A stretch of 64,000 nt of DNA from Macrostomum hystrix (taxonomy: Eukaryota > Animalia > Platyhelminthes). The stretch spans positions 2,294,001 to 2,358,000 of the forward strand of contig CATNEN010000029.1 of the NCBI GenBank assembly GCA_950097015.1. The letters run 5' to 3'. The notes under the pieces are model-generated. The model made no database searches and was not told the origin of the DNA. It worked only from the letters and a program-made list of their open reading frames with translations. Position 1 is the stretch's first letter, and the number at the start of each line of letters is the position of its first letter. Position numbers and translations under genes: made by a program. This document shows positions 61,498-64,000 of this stretch, one piece after another.

Positions 61498-61794
61498 GTC
61501 GCTGGAACGGTATCGAAGCATGAATAAGTGTACCGGGGAAAACGAAATTCGTGTGATTTTGGAGGTTTGTACCTTGCAAGCTAAGATAAGACTAAGAGCT
61601 ATAAGCTAAAGATAAGTGTAAAAACTGCGAATTTCCCTACTTAAGACACAAAAACTTATAAATCTGGTCTAACTGAAACGACTAAGCATAAAATATTCGA
61701 AACTGCAGACAGTTTACACACAAAAAACACTAACAAAAAGCAATATTTAATCCAAAACAGTTTCCGCTCTGGCCACACTTAGGCGGCTGCGCTG

Positions 61795-61800
61795 TTTATT
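61795..61800 (-). promoter_or_regulatory. Probable polyadenylation signal AATAAA of RPS27A
   Basis: About 105 nt after the stop codon, followed on the minus strand by a U/GU-rich tract (~61715-61740). Confidence 0.6.
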
Positions 61801-61903
61801 ACAATCAGGTGCGCCTCACGCGACAGTCAGAACACATCGCCAAAGTACAGCGTCAAACAAAACAAAGGCTGTTTGAGTGACTTTAAAGTAATTAAAATCC
61901 CGA

Positions 61904-62401
<498 letters not shown>

Positions 62402-64000
62402 TTAAAGAGTTTTTTATTTTTACTGAATTAACTAGATTGATGAAGAAAAGAAGAAGAAAGAAAAAAAAGAAGAAAGTGTCAGAAGCAGTCCTTTTTGTTC
62501 ACATCACAAATGAAAATATATGTAGAGCTACATAGCACAAGAAAAATATTTAAAATTTGATTTAAGGAACTTGCACTATTTTACATAATAATTAAGTCCA
62601 TCAATTATAAGTGGAACATGGAAATATAATTTGCCTTTTAACATACTAAAGAAGTACTCAGTGAATATAAGAAGATGCAAACCATAATCATAAATAAATA
62701 TAGTTTAATAGCCACATCTTCTAACCTTTGTTTTTATATTTAATGGCTAGACAACAGCTTAGGACATTTGCTGATACTATTAACTATGCAATAGTAAAGC
62801 TATGCCAAAACTAAAACTAAAATATTGTTAAAATGATATTTTCTTTATATATATTGTTTTTCATTTGAAGCTAAAGCTTTGCTTCATTCTAGTATCATTA
62901 ATATATTGAAATATATAGCTGTATTATAAGCTATATAAGCTACTATATAGCTTATTACATAAAAACTTAATAATAGTCTATAGATCCACAAAAAACTCAA
63001 ATAAAAAAATTTGATGCCATTCTATTCTAAATTATAATTAAAAAATTGTTTAAAATTATTTTTCTAGAATTAATTTTGACAATAAACATACTAGTTATAT
63101 ATTTTTAATTCAAAAAAAACTTTTATATCAATTTTATTCCTAAATATACTTGTATTTTATTAACTATTCACTAATACTTAAAAAGGTAATTTGAATTTTT
63201 TTCTAATTTGGACTGAAGCTTGGCCCTATTATGTGGCTACACAATCTTCAGTCTTAAGTTAGAAATCTTGGGCATCTTTGATTGAATATTTTATTTAATT
63301 GGCAATAAGCATAGCAATGATGGTCAAGCAACAATTAAACAAGCTGGTTGCGATGTCAAAATGCTAACTGACTTAGCCAGGTGCAAGACAGTGAACAGTC
63401 AATATATATTTTGTAAATTTTCAATTAGACATAGTTAAACATATTAAACCATGTTCTTAAGCTATACATTTTAGCACATTAAAAAAAGTGGGATTCCACA
63501 CATCTGAGCAAAAAGAACTGCAGTTGAATAGGTTTTCATAGTTTTCCAATTCAGCTTGTGTATTAGCAAATATTTATGTTTTGTTCATTGATTAGATTAG
63601 GAGATTAGATTTGATTAGGACTACTGTCATCAGCCATATACTATTTACTTAGCTAAATAGTGGTTTGTGACCTAGAATTTTTACGTGAGTATTCTAAGAT
63701 TGAAACAAACTTACTTTGTTTTAACTTGCGCCACAGAAGTTAGGACATTTTAGAACAGAGCAACTCAGAGTCTCAAAGACAAAACATTATGTAATGATAT
63801 GCAGATAGCTTGCTAATTAGTAATTCTTTAATTCATAAAAATTACATGCTTTGTATCTCAGGGCTAACGACATAGCACTGTTAATCTAGGCCATTGCTAA
63901 TTTTTCAATTGCTAAAATTACTATACAATAATTTAGAAAGTAGTAGTTTTAACTTCTAAGAAAGAAAAAAAAAGTTAAGAGAAAAAAATTTATTTTAATT

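Overview
Eukaryotic (metazoan) genomic DNA with GT-AG introns. GC-rich codons, poly-Q tracts, ~100-nt minimal introns and very abundant minisatellites suggest a flatworm such as Macrostomum (inference, not verified). The left ~35 kb is roughly 40% tandem repeats. It holds the 3' exons of a ZFAND5/6-like AN1 zinc-finger gene, a rhodopsin-like GPCR, and a tentative 4-exon minus-strand orphan gene (~520 aa, FSQ/SQ-repeat disordered region plus a short predicted coiled coil) assembled by hand from phase-compatible splice sites. The right part is gene-dense: RFX5/7-like factor, cereblon, METTL15 (1-nt frameshift, no in-frame ATG seen), a TRIM-NHL gene, tRNA-Ser(AGA), two tandem RPL14 copies and ubiquitin-RPS27A. 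The RPL14 copies have near-identical exon 1 but strongly diverged exon 2, and the upstream copy appears to use a decayed RPS27A 3' end as its 3' UTR. Mobile DNA includes tRNA-derived SINEs sharing a 14-bp palindrome, MITEs, two internally deleted Tc1/IS630-like elements and a LINE remnant. No CRISPR array or rRNA was found. All coordinates and alignments are manual and may be off by a few bases at repeat edges.
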